Below are positions 51,813-64,000 of a stretch of DNA of 64,000 nt, piece by piece; position 1 is the stretch's first letter, and each line of letters begins with the position of its first letter. Location: assembly GCF_016433145.1 (NCBI RefSeq), contig NC_058135.1:114845986-114909985 (forward strand), in the 5' to 3' direction. The stretch comes from Gracilinanus agilis (Eukaryota). The position numbers were made by a program, and so were the translations under genes. The notes beneath the pieces were generated by a model. The model was not told the origin of the DNA. It ran no database searches and saw nothing but the letters and a program-made list of their open reading frames with translations.

Positions 51813-52499
51813 TTAACAAAATTTTATAATTATTCTCAAAGATTCCATTCCTATTATATTCATTTTAAAAGATTTTAATATTTATACTGAGCTAGTAATT
51901 GTGCCCTTTTGGTCTATTTGCTTGGTGCTTCTCCTTAAATATTGCTCAGGCAAAATTCATGTTTATTTCAAGAAGTTCAACCTGTAAGAGGACTCTGGGT
52001 ACCATACAACACAAAGAGCCAGGTGAGAAAAATGCTTTGCCACTCAAATAATTTGGGCTGTTCCAGCTTTATTACTAATTGATATGGAAGGGTACAGATT
52101 GAGTACAATAGAAGTCGAAAGAAGTCAAACAGATTTGATATAAGGAAAATACAACAGTTGGAGCCATTAAAAGGTAAAATGGGCTGCCTCAGGAAGTTGA
52201 GGGCTCTTCATATTAAAAGATCTTCAAGCAAATATTGAATACTGAGTATGTTTTACCTTTGGCTAGAGCAGAGAGTTGCTAGAGGGGAACATTGAAAGAT
52301 AATCCTTAAATAGAGAGAAGTGCTGGGTTGTGGTTTCCTATTAATTTCAGAGTGGAATTGTTCTGTGGAAAGGTTCCTTTTTCAAGCATGGACAAGAAAG
52401 CCAAGAAAATCCCCTTCAACTCTGAAATTCTATAAATCTGTAGCAATCAGATAGTTAGTAGAAGAAAATTGTACAGTTTCAGTAACAGTGAGGCCACAA

Positions 52500-53730
52500 T
52501 ACCACAAAGCATTCATTTTTGAAAAGTCATAGAGAATGAGGGAAATACCAATAGATTATGTATGGGCATATATTCCAATTTTCAGGAAAGGATAAAACTG
52601 GGTTCTGAAAATTCCAGATCAGTTTACTAAATATTGATCTCTAGAATTTTACAACACTAAATTAAATATGTCATGCCAGAGTGCTGAAAAGAAAATTTGA
52701 TGGTCCCTAGTAGCTGGAATAGTTTACTATTGAAATGTTATGCCAAATTAATTTAATTTGTTCTTTGATTTATGAAATTTCTAGATGAAATGAAAATAGT
52801 ATACCTAATTTATCATGATTTCAGCAAGACAACTGACATTATTTTATAATATTCATGTAGGAAAATGGAAGAATATAGGTTGTGTTATGCTACTGTTAGG
52901 AATATTTTAAAGTCACTGAATGATTGTGTCTATGGTAATAACATTAGTTAGCATTTTTTCAAAATCTTAGCGTTTACAAAGCACTTTACATAAGCCATCC
53001 CACTTGATCATCACAACAACCCTGGGAGTTAGGTGTTATTATTATCGTCAGTTTTTCAGAAGGAAAACTGAGACTAAGCGAAGCAACAGCATTTCCCTAT
53101 CCAGAGAGGTCACAGCTCATAAATGACTGAGTCAGGATTCAACTTTAGATCTTCTTGTATGTTTAGTTGTTTTTTAGCCATGTCTGACTCTTCATGAGAC
53201 CTTTTGGGTTTTTGTTGATAAAGATGAAGTGGTTTGCCATTTCCTTCCCCAGTTCCTTATACAAATGAGGAAACTGAGGCAAATGGGATTAAATGACCTT
53301 TTCAGGGTCACATAACTGCTATCTGAAGCCAGATTTCAGCTCAGGTCTTCCTGACACTAGACCCAGCACTCTATCCACTGTGCCAAATAGCTTCTAAATA
53401 GTGTTATTTAAAAGTGATATTGAGGGGGCAGCTGGGTAGCTCAGTGGAGTGAGAGTCAGGCCTAGAGACAGGAGGTCCTGGGTTCAAACCCGGCCTCAGC
53501 CACTTCCCAGCTGCGTGACCCTGGGCAAGTCACTTGACCCCCATTGCCCACCCTTACCAATCTTCCACCTATGAGACAATACACCGATGTACAAGGGTTT
53601 AAAAAAAAAGTGATATTGAACTGGAGGAGAGTCTGTGCTGATGTGTCAATGAACCTTGACTACTGCTATTTTTGACAAATTTTATTAATAACATGGAAAA
53701 AGAAAGTTGCTTATCAAATTTGTAGATTAC
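52500..53730 (+). mobile_element. CR1/L3 LINE RT fragment interrupted by MIR, Mar1 and SINE1
   Basis: 'atttatcatgatttcagcaagacaactgac' (YLDFSKAFD-like) and 'ttttattaataacatgga...gcttatcaaatttgtagat' (IFINDLD..LIKFADD-like). Confidence 0.7.
53424..53605 (+). mobile_element. Young SINE1_Mdo
   Basis: Near-consensus and CpG-retaining. 14-bp TSD AAAAGTGATATTGA (53410-23 / 53606-19). Confidence 0.95.
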
Positions 53731-53979
53731 AATAAGAAAGAGCACTCTAAGTTTGTGGTCACAAAGCTAATAAGTACCAGAGGCAGAATTTTAATTAAAT
53801 ATTCCTAACTCCATGTAGGGTACTCCATACATTACAAAACCTAGCTGCCTGAACACTGGGCAAGTCACTTAGCCCCTGTTGCCTAACCCTTACTGCTCTT
53901 CTGCCTTAGAGCCAATACACAGTATTGATTCTAAGACAGAAAGTAAGAGCTTAAAAAAAAAACCACCAACAACAAAAAA

Positions 53980-55470
53980 AACCTAGTTGCCAGAAATTGA
54001 ACAACCCATGAATGTATTCCCAAAGGAAACAACACAAACTCATGGACTAGACACTAATTTTCTCATTGAATTCTATCAAATATTCAAAGAAAAATTAATT
54101 AGAATATCATTAACACACTAAAAGAAAAGATCCTACCAATTTCCTTCTATGGTGCAAAAGTATTCTTGATACCTAAATCAAAGTCAAAGTAAAGTAAGGT
54201 AAAAAGCAAAAGTAAAGAACTACAGATCACTATTTTTAATAAACATTGATAAAAATGTAAATACAATAATAACAAATTACACATTCTGATTAGATTTGAC
54301 TTATACTAGAAATCTAGAGTTGGTTCAAGCTGAGAACATAATTGACCATATTAGTAAGAACAACAAAAAGCATAATTCAGAAGATGAAAAAAGACTTTAA
54401 AAAATAAAACTTCCATATATGTAAAGAAAAAATAGAAAACATAGAAATAATTGGCATTTTTCTCAGCATAAGCTTATTGATGGTAAATAGCATATGTCTA
54501 AAATTCCCAAACATCATTATATGTAATGAGGAATTCTTTTCAGTAAGATCAAAGATAAAACAAAAATGCCCATTGTCACCCAACTATTTGATGTTGTTTT
54601 TTGTCCATTTTTAAAGAGGCAACCAATGACATCATGATGTTGTTATAAAATAGTAAATGATGGGTGATGCCTTGACTTGTTCAAGATTTGGATTTAAGTG
54701 AGGCAAAGTTGTGCATAGTCATGAGGCTCCCTCTCTTTTTCAAAGTCATCAAAATTCAGTGTCAGGACAAAAGAGAAGACAACTGGCAATGACACTGGGC
54801 AAAGTGGATAACTGTGGCACCTTCAATGTTTGACCAAACTTTGAGACTCCATAGTGCCTGGGTTATTTGCTTTCAAGGCCCTGGGAACAAATTCTTTTCA
54901 TCTATCCATTCACAGAGGAAAGTTTCATTATACTGCAGTATGCACAGGTATATCCATATCCAGGTAAAATCTTCTTACCATATTGGCTAAAGCATATTGA
55001 GGGTAACTAACAGGCCTCAAACCCATTGGTAAATTAGAGGGATAGGATAATGTAGTAGAATTACTAGCTATAGCAATAATATGAGAAAAATAAATTGAGA
55101 TAATAAGCACAGGCAAAGAATAAACAAAATATTGCTCTTTGCAGATAATATTATAGCTTATTTAGAGAATTTTAAAGTGTTAACTAACAAATTAACATAA
55201 TTCAACAATTTTTTGGATATAAAATCCATATAAATCATCATCATTTTCCCAATATTGCCAACAAAACTCAGCAGAAAGAGATAGGAAGAAAAAATTCTAT
55301 TTAAAATAATTAAATAATGTATAAAATGCTTTTGAGCCTACATACTAAGATTTGTTTAGGCACTATAGGAATACAATTACAAAACAGTCTTCATGGTAAT
55401 AAATACCTAAGTAATTGAAGAAATATTCCTTGTTCATGGGAAGGCTGAACCAAAATATTAAAAATGATAA
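53980..55470 (+). mobile_element. Very old L1 ORF2 RT-region fragments (interrupted)
   Basis: 'ttttctcattgaattctatcaaatattcaaagaa' (EFYQIFKE), 'aagatcaaagataaaacaaaaatgcccattgtcacc' and 'ctctttgcagataatatt' (LFADD-like). Confidence 0.7.
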
Positions 55471-55659
55471 CAGTAACTGATGCTCATTAGAATATACCTC
55501 AAGAATTAGGCTAAGTTTGTCTTTAAAAGGGTCATTGGCAAACCAGATAGAATATGTTGAGGATGACAAGGTGTCTGCCAACTGGATCATAGAAAGAAAA
55601 GTGGAAGGAACTAAGAATGTTTAGACTAGAGCAGAAAAATCTGGGGAGGTCTTGATACC

Positions 55660-56760
55660 TGTCTTTGAATATATGAAGAGTTTTTAGGTGGAAGTGATAG
55701 TAAACATTCTTCTCCCTTTTTCTTCCCCTAATTTTCTTCTCTTTTTTCTCTACGCATTTTCCCTGGACACTTTTGTTCACAATGTTGGTTTCAATGATCA
55801 CTTTAATATACTTCTCCCAACTCAGTTTCTCTATCCTGAACTTTGTTCTAATTTCCAAACATACATTTTCCATATTCCAAGATCACATATCTATCATAAT
55901 GTTGAAACTAAAGTTTATATTTTCCCTAAACCTGCTTTTTGCTCTGACTTTCTGACTTCTCTCTGCCTATTGTGCCAGTTTTCACCCTGCTTCTTATGTT
56001 TGTAAGGAATTTACCATCAACTCTTCTCTCTCCCTCACATTTCACATCTAATCACTACTGAGTCCTCAAAAGTCAGTCTAGTAACAATTCTTACATCTAA
56101 ACAAATAAAAAGCTAGAATTTAATTAAGCACTGGATCAGGTGCCAGATACATTACAAGTTTATCTCACTGTCTCCCTATTTTCTATTTCTACTGTCACCT
56201 TCTTAGTATCTATCTGGATGATGAGTGGTAGAATGAATTTAATGATGGAGTTGGAGTAAGAAGGACTTGACTTCAAATCCTGATTCAGATTATTACTACT
56301 TATGTGATAAGTCATTTATTTATCATGGAATCAGATTCCTCAATCACAAAATGAAGAGGTTGTGCTCAGTTGTCTCTAAGGTCTCTTTCAGTGCTAATTC
56401 TATGGTCTATGATCTTTCTTACCTCTATCCTCTCCTTATTACAAGTCATCATTTATACCACTATTAGAAATCTTCTTATACATGAATTCAGTCGTTTCAC
56501 TTCTCAAAAATATTCTGATTCCCTATTACCTACTAAGTATGATTAGATCTCCTTTACCTTATGCTTATAGATTTCTACAATCTGCCACCATTCTATTTTT
56601 CTAGAATTATCTAATTATTATTCCCTTCCTTGTAAACTAGCCAAACTCAAATATTCTCTGCCTACTCACCCCCAATCACTAACTGCATTTTCATTCCTTC
56701 TTATTACTGGGGGATCTTCCCTCCCACTCATTGCCTAGTCATTAAAAATACTCTTCTAAG
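55660..56760 (+). mobile_element. L2 LINE fragment(s); additional L2 3' tails at ~58915-59010 (-) and ~59420-59560 (+)
   Basis: Pyrimidine-rich L2 sense sequence, e.g. 'ttttccctaaacctgc' and 'ttcttatacatgaattcagtcgtttcac'. Confidence 0.7.
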
Positions 56761-56879
56761 TAATATGAGAAAAATCCATTCCAGGCATGGACAATGTAAG
56801 CCAATACATGTTAAGGCAAGATAATACTGAGGAAAAACGAGGAACCAGTCCAGTTTAGGTGAAACATAGTGTGTGGAAA

Positions 56880-57950
56880 GAACTAATGTATAATTTCTTT
56901 CTCGGTGCTGAATAAAGCAGGATGAAGGTGGTCAAGATAATTTCTATAAGGAAGCTTTTCCCCAAACTATCCTATTTCCTTTGATTTCCCTCACTTCAAA
57001 CCCTGCATGCATATATACTCAAGCTGGTCTATGCGTTTATACACATGGGAGAAATTGCAACCCTAGTCTATTTAGCAAATGAAGATAAACTAAATGTAAA
57101 CAAATGTTCGTAATTGTTATTCCTTGATCATCTCCAAGTGACATTACCCAAGCGTATTTCTTTTTGCGATCATTTCTTTTATGGGGCCCCATTTAGAGTA
57201 AAGTAATGGAGGATGATGTGGAAGAAAAATGCAGCCACATGTCTTAAGTGCATGTTTTTATAAACCAGAATATGAAGCCATCATGCCTTGAAGTGGCACA
57301 TTTGCCAGAGCAATCGTCTGTAATTAAAGAAATAAATTAAAGGAAAAAATTAAGGGAGGTTGATAATGACTTTGGTCATAGCAATATAAGCCAATCATGT
57401 CACAGAAGAAATGTGGCAAACTCAAAATGATTCAATGGCACTAATTAAAGCAACAGTGGGAAATAGGATTATAAATGAGGGCTAACTGACCCATTTCTTC
57501 CTCCCTATTCTACTCTGGATCCAGTTCAGGGAGATGAGTTGCCCTCTTCAGGCTTCCATGTTTATTTTATAAACCACTGATGATTAATATTTGGAATGCA
57601 AGGGCAAAAACATCATAACAAGAAAGCAGTTTAAAGCGCAGAGGCCTGATTACTTCAGGGTCTGTTTCACATTGAATTAAATCCTATATACAATATGTCG
57701 CTGGCAGGAGAGAAGCCGTATGTAGGAAATTGCCAATGTGTTGTATTCAGCTGCTTGATTTTTATGGTAAATTAAATTTGGAGTAATTGTTTTTTAGTAA
57801 ATTTATCTTTGCTCTGGCCAGGAGCTAATTAAACTTAGTAAAGATTATACAAAATGGTGACACAATGCTCCTTTTAAAGCAACATGAGACTTTGCTTCAA
57901 AGATGGAACTTTTCTACTAATTAGGAAAAGAAACTTTAAATGCTAAGCAC
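56880..57950. promoter_or_regulatory. Candidate conserved non-coding element / developmental enhancer
   Basis: About 1 kb with no recognisable repeat. TAATTAAA at 57321, 57442 and 57826, further TAAT/TAAATTA motifs, and 9 CpGs in 56881-57780. Conservation is not verified. Confidence 0.45.
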
Positions 57951-60179
57951 TGACTTTTCTTCTCTACAAAGTTTTATGATTCTTTTAAAAAGTGCTGAGG
58001 CAAATGCTTGAGCTTTTTCTTATATACTAAACCTTATCTCTATTTCCAAACTATCTCAAGCAAAAGAAAGAGAGAGGGTATATAACACACAAGAGAAGAG
58101 GCACCAGCCACAGCTGGGATCATAAAGTATGGCTTCTTAATCCTTTGTGGGGGTCCTGGACCTTTTTGGGTGTCCAGTGAAGTTTTTTGGGGGGGTCTTC
58201 TTAGTTTCACATTTATTGCCTATATTCATAATTGAAAATCTCAATTTTGGTTAAAGATTAGAGAAAAAAAAGATGTATTTTTTTCCCATCCAATGTCATG
58301 GAACTTCTGAAATCTATTGATCCTGGGATTAAGATACCTTGTTATGGAGTCATGGACATTGGGAATCTTGAAGGTTAAAAGGTAACTTAGAGAGCAACTC
58401 GTCCTGCCTCCTTCCAGTTGGGAAGGATCACAAACATTTTATTTAGCATCTGCTATGCCCAACCATGTTCCAGACATTATATTAAGAGTTTTAGAAATAT
58501 CTCATTGGATTCTCACAACAACTTTTGGAGGTTGGTGCTATTATTATCCTCATTCTATAGTTGAGGAAACTGAGGCACTCAGAGGCTAAATGACTTGTCT
58601 GTGGTCACATAGCTAGTAAGTGTCAGAGGCTGGATTTGAAGTCAAGTCTTCTGAAACCAGACCCAGTGCTTTATCCACTCTACCACCTAACTGCCAGTTG
58701 GCTCCAAATGTAGAAATCTTCTTGACAATATCTCTTCTAGAGGCCCATTCAGCCTTTGACAGGTCACTTGGTGTTTCCAAGGACCTCTCAGCTTTGCCTC
58801 CATTTAAATTTTGTCTGCTAGAGTGCTTAGAAAGTTCCTTCTTATCTTGAGGTGATATTTACTCTTTCATAAGCTCAATCCATTGTTCCTATTCGTGATC
58901 TCAGAAGTGAACCAGGAAAAGCAATATTTATTAAGTGCTTACTGTGTGCAGAACACTGTGCTAGGAACTGAAGGAGATAAAAGCTTAGAGAAGATACGGT
59001 CAGTGCTCTCATCTGGAGAAGTGCGGTGCTGGTTACAATCTTTGATACTTACTACCTGTGTGACCATGGGCAGCTCACCAGCCGAGGGTCTCCGTTTTGC
59101 AATTTGTACACTAAGAGGGTTGGACTAAGTGGATTTTCAGATCCTTTCTAACCCTAAATCTATTGCCCTAAGAAAATAACTACAAATAATGTGATAAATA
59201 TAGTATAAAGTTGCAAAATATGGTGTTAGATGAGGTCTTGGGGAAGATTTGATACTAAGCATAGCTAAGAATTCATTTCCTCTCTGGTCTTCCACAATTT
59301 CCTTCTACCACCCAAATCTCTTTATTTTACCTCTAAAACATACATGAGAAACTCTGATTCATAGGCATGAACTAGTTATACATACATTAAAGTTCCCTAA
59401 ACAAGAACTTCATCTCCCCTATAATATTTAACATTCCTTAAGAGCATGGACTATGTCATGTTTCACCGTTGTGTCCACAGTGTCTAGCTAGCACAGTAGC
59501 TGGCACATAACTAACACATAATGAATTTTTGTTGAATGGATAAATGAATGAATAAATGTCATGGGAGGAAAAATGATGACATAAAAAGATAATTAGTCAA
59601 AATATCAATTTTGAATATTTTTGAGGCACCAGAACATGATTTTTTGAAGTTTGGACTTCAAATAAAGGACAATGATAGGATGGCCATGACTTTATACCAA
59701 GATGTTTTCATATGTCTACTTCTGCTTCTGCCTCTGCATAGAAAATAAATAGTTAGAGTCAGGTTAAAGGGAAAAGCAATACAGAGATGAAAGACTTAAA
59801 AGCATTTTCATATAAGGACCGATATTTTCAATCTTAATGTGGATTAGAGAATAGAGAAGGTTAGATGATGGTCATATTTAATTGAAGAAAGATTAGAAAC
59901 AGCACGGCAACCAGTCTCATCATACTTAAACATGCAGTAAAATATAGGCATCGGTGGTGAATGGGGACGAATATTAGGGTATCTATCTAACTCAATAAGT
60001 TGTATCCAATAATTATAATAGTTAACATTTATACAGCACTTTAAGGTTTGCAAAACACTCTTCATGTAATCTAATTTGTACTAAATCCAAACTGCTGATT
60101 TAATCTAAACTGTACTAAATCTCGTCATTTAGTACAGTTTATTTTAAATATATGCACTTTTGAGATTGAGTGATCCTGT

Positions 60180-60847
60180 TGTGGGGTGCAGAGATGAACC
60201 CTAGAGGTTCAGGAAGGGTACCTTTTGCAAGAATGCAAGTCTTCGGGGGCAGCTGGGTAGCTCAGTGGAGTGAGAGTCAGGCCTAGAGACAGGACGTCCT
60301 AGGTTCAAACCCGGCCTCAGCCACTTCCCCGCTGTGTGACCCTGGGCAAGTCACTTGACCCCCATTGCCCACCCTTACCAATCTTCCACCTATGAGACAA
60401 TGCACCGAAGTACAAGGGTTTAAAAAAAAAAAAGAATGCAAGTCTCCAAAACTTAGCTTAAAAATAAAAAGAGAAATTTATTAATTTGGAAGGTAATGTT
60501 GAATCTGGCATGGGTGGAGAGGACAGCATGGATGGAAAAGCTGTCTCCCAGATGACATCAATTCTGGGGTTTTATACTCTTTACAACAGCGAAGACGTGA
60601 CTCTAGAGTGGTAAGCACTGAAGTAAGGAGTGGGGGAGGTTTGCTTGAAGGCATAGAGGTGGTTCTCATGATTTGGAGGACAGATGAATAAGGTGGCTCT
60701 CTTTGTCATCTCAAATCAATGGGACAATCAAAGGAGAATAATCCTCAAAGTCAGATGCTTTGGGTTGGGAGTCAAAAGGGCGTAAGGGAGCAAAGGAATT
60801 TTCCCTGATAATAGTTTCCCTGAGTTTCTGTGGGTACAATGCCCACA
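60180..60847 (-). mobile_element. Solo LTR (antisense) containing a young SINE
   Basis: Inverted termini TGTGGG...CCCACA. Minus-strand AATAAA (plus TTTATT at ~60476) and TATAAAA (plus TTTTATA at ~60570). TSD decayed. Confidence 0.7.
60245..60431 (+). mobile_element. Young SINE1_Mdo nested in the LTR
   Basis: Near-consensus. 14-bp TSD AAGAATGCAAGTCT (60229-42 / 60432-45). Confidence 0.95.
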
Positions 60848-63800
60848 CCAATACCAGCCTCAGAGATGAGAAGTGCCTCACATCATTTCATGCATGATAT
60901 GGCAAACCATGGAACCTTCTTGATCCTCATGTTCATCATCTATAAAATGGGTTGGTACCTCACAAAACTGCTGATAGGGTCAAATTAAATAATTCACAAA
61001 CCATAAAAAACTACATAGAAGTAACATTTGTTATTATTAATTATATATTTTTGCTAATAGAATGATTCCATAACTTACCTTAAGTTTTATGCATTACAAT
61101 AATTTGTAGCACATACAATGTATTATGGAATAAATTACTTGGGCTATTACAATAGTATCTTCTATGTGTTAAAGGAAGCCTCTACTAAAGTCTTCTTCCA
61201 ATGCCTCATCATGGGGTGAAGTTAAGCCAAAAGGGCATAAATTCTCCAGTCCTCAAGTCAGAGGACTTGTACTCAAATACTTCCTTTGATGCAGAATAAT
61301 GAATTTTTTGGGAAAATTATTAAAATTCCCTGGACCTTACTTTTCTCATCTGTAAAATAAGGATGTTAAACTAGATCCAATATCTAGATTGGATCTAGTT
61401 GGACCAGTCAGTAGGTCTAGTCCCCACCTAGCTGAGGTCCCTCCCGATTCTAGTCCACTTCTTGTCTATAATGTTCTGGTAGGAAGCACCAAGTCAGAAA
61501 ATTTTCAAATTTACCCAGGGACAAGACTGTTTGTTGTCTGAGGACCAAGTATTATTAGTTCAGAGATATTCATCACTAGAAATCTCCAAGGTGCTATTCC
61601 TGATGTTATTGTTGTTGTTTTGTTTTGCTACAATAATTCATGAACACTCCTAAAGTGTTGAAGAGTTATTACCTGTTTCTCACAAATGAAATCATGATTC
61701 TTTTGCTACACTGAAGTAAATTAAACATTATACATTAAATGTTATGATTCTTTGGGCTTGAGGGCAGTTAGGTAGCTCAGTGGATAGAGAGCCAAGCCTG
61801 GGGATGGGAATTCTTGAGTTTTGTAACATTGGACAAGTGACTTAACCCCCCCCCACCCCCATTGCCCAGTCCTTACCATTATCCTGCCTTGGGACCAATA
61901 CACAGTATTTATTCTAAGATGGAAGGTAATTGTTAAAAAAAATTCCATGGGTTCACACACAGACACATATACACGTACATAAATAAATGATAAACTTACA
62001 AGTTGTCAGAGTGGGAACCAATAAATTTACCATGACTTATGGTTCCACATTTTTTCCTACTATTAGTCTACATATTTCCAGAAGGATATTTCTAATGTCC
62101 AATTTCTTGCATGACAAATATTTGACACTTCAAACTGTTAGTTACACAAAGGACCAATGTTGTACTTTGTTGAGACAGATGGACTGAAATATTATATCAG
62201 CCCTAATTAGTAATGGAAAGAACAAGTCTTTCCTTTCATAGTCCTAAAGGCTGCAGACATGCATCCTGATGAATGCTACGGTCTAAACTCTACAAGTATG
62301 TTTTTAAGCATTGGTTGGACATGATCACATGTTTTTATTACTCAGGCTCATCAAAATATTTTTGAATTGCTCTGTAAACATGGATTAGTTTATTTGGCTA
62401 ATTACCTTTTAGAAATTAAATATCTTCTGAGGCATCTTCATATCCATTTAGACATGAAATGGCAGTTGTCTATACATGGATCATCATCATTGAGAGTTTA
62501 TCCCTACTTAATATACAACTACAATGCATTAAATATGAATAAACTTTGAAAATAACTGAGCAAATCATTGACATATGTTTGCTACAAGAATTAATTCATC
62601 AGTATATATGCATATTGTTTTTATCTCCTCCCCCTTTTAAAGCACTTAAAACCTTTTATTGTTTCAGTCTTGATTTCAACACTGTTGTGAACTCCCAAAG
62701 GCAAATTTCCCTCCACTAATAAATATAGGCGACTCCTTTATAACTTCCTATGGCAGGGAAAGTAACTTCCCCACTGTTCCATAGCTAATATTCATCAGAA
62801 GCATAACTTGAAGTTAGGTCTTCCTGAATTTATGGCAAGCCCTCTTTTCAAATATCTACCTCTTTTCTTTCCTTTATCAAAATACTTTCCATTATTTTTA
62901 AAAGGATATTTTTGAGCCACAAACATTACTTACTGTCAATAAATTCTATTTGTATGTATCTATATAACACTGGTGAACTGGTATTTGTGTTTTGAAATTT
63001 TTATTTGTCATAAGCATAATCTTATATACTACAAGTCAAAACAATAGACATGTAAGAGAGACTATTTTAAAGACCACTGAAAACAATTTTTCACTCTACA
63101 TCACTCATATGTGATTTGGAGAACAAATTTATACTTTTAAATAGCAAAAAAAAATTCTTTTCTCTCTCTATTCACCCCCACTGGGTGGAGGGGATGAGAA
63201 CTCTTATAACAAATAAGCATAGCCAAGCAAAATTAATTCCCATATTAGCCTCACCCAGAAATGAAATTCTCATTCTTTATATTAACCCATCACCACCACC
63301 ATGAGGACAATATTCTTACTCTTTGGTCTTCTAGAATAATTTCATTGGTTGATAATTATTTGTTTTTACAATATTGATTTTATAACATAAGTTGTTCTCT
63401 TGGTTTTGCTAATTTCTCTCCATGTTCCAGTTTCTGAAACCATTCTTTCTTCATTTCTTACAGCAAAAAATTATTCCATTATATCCATACATGATAATTT
63501 GTTCATCTAATTCCCCTAATTGAGAGTTACTCCTTCCAAAATTAAAGAAAATACAAGAATAGATTGATAATCAGCTTTTTAGTGGCAAATAATATCTATA
63601 TTAAGGTAAACTTCAGGAGAAAGACAATCTATTGAATAATCTACTTATTCTGCTTAATCTACTTATACTATATTGAAATTTTAGCCTTTCCATACTTTTC
63701 CTGGCTTCAGTATATACAGAGAACAGGTGGTCACTGTCCTTAATAAGAATAATTCCTCAGGAAATGGAACATTCTACCAAATATGATTTAAGTGACTCAG

Positions 63801-64000
63801 AAATAACTATTGAAGACAGATTTTTAAATCTCAGTTAGAATAATTGCTCTAATCTTTTGGAAGTGGGGAGAGAACTAGAAAGACAGAAAAAGACCTAGAA
63901 ACAGAGAAATAAGTCAGAGATAGGAACCCAAGTGGAAGAAACAAACAATCCTCTGCTTTTTTATAAATATGTATTCACTTTCTCAAAATATATACATAGA

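Noticed and set aside
53424-53500. tRNA-like A/B boxes
   Set aside because: These are SINE1_Mdo heads, not tRNA genes.
58130-58335. Possible degenerate Charlie/MER-type DNA transposon
   Set aside because: Termini and TSD are too decayed to support a call.
1-64000. CRISPR arrays, rRNA or prokaryotic-type systems
   Set aside because: The sequence is mammalian (marsupial) repeat-rich DNA, with no regularly spaced repeats or operon-like ORFs.

Overview
Repeat-dense, AT-rich, CpG-poor marsupial genomic DNA. Near-consensus SINE1_Mdo-type SINEs and opossum-type L1 sequences point to Monodelphis or a close didelphid relative (inferred from recalled repeat families). The window has four assembly gaps. 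I found no protein-coding exon I can support, so it looks intergenic or deep-intronic. It contains L1 (young 5' end, nested ORF1-only insertions with target-site duplications (TSDs), an internally deleted near-full-length copy), L2, CR1/L3, RTE, CORE-SINEs, four solo-LTR candidates, five hAT MITEs (four with perfect 8-bp TSDs), a heavily decayed R4/Dong-clade LINE and a candidate homeodomain-motif-rich enhancer near 57 kb. The most unusual signal is two dispersed, same-strand copies (about 8.76-9.79 kb and 43.5-44.75 kb) of an apparently chimeric retroposon. In both, the N-terminal half of a Y-box (YBX3/YBX1-like) cold-shock domain is joined through an ~80-nt linker to an L2 LINE 3' tail. Boundaries of old repeats are approximate (tens of bp). 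Family names are from memory, with no database search.
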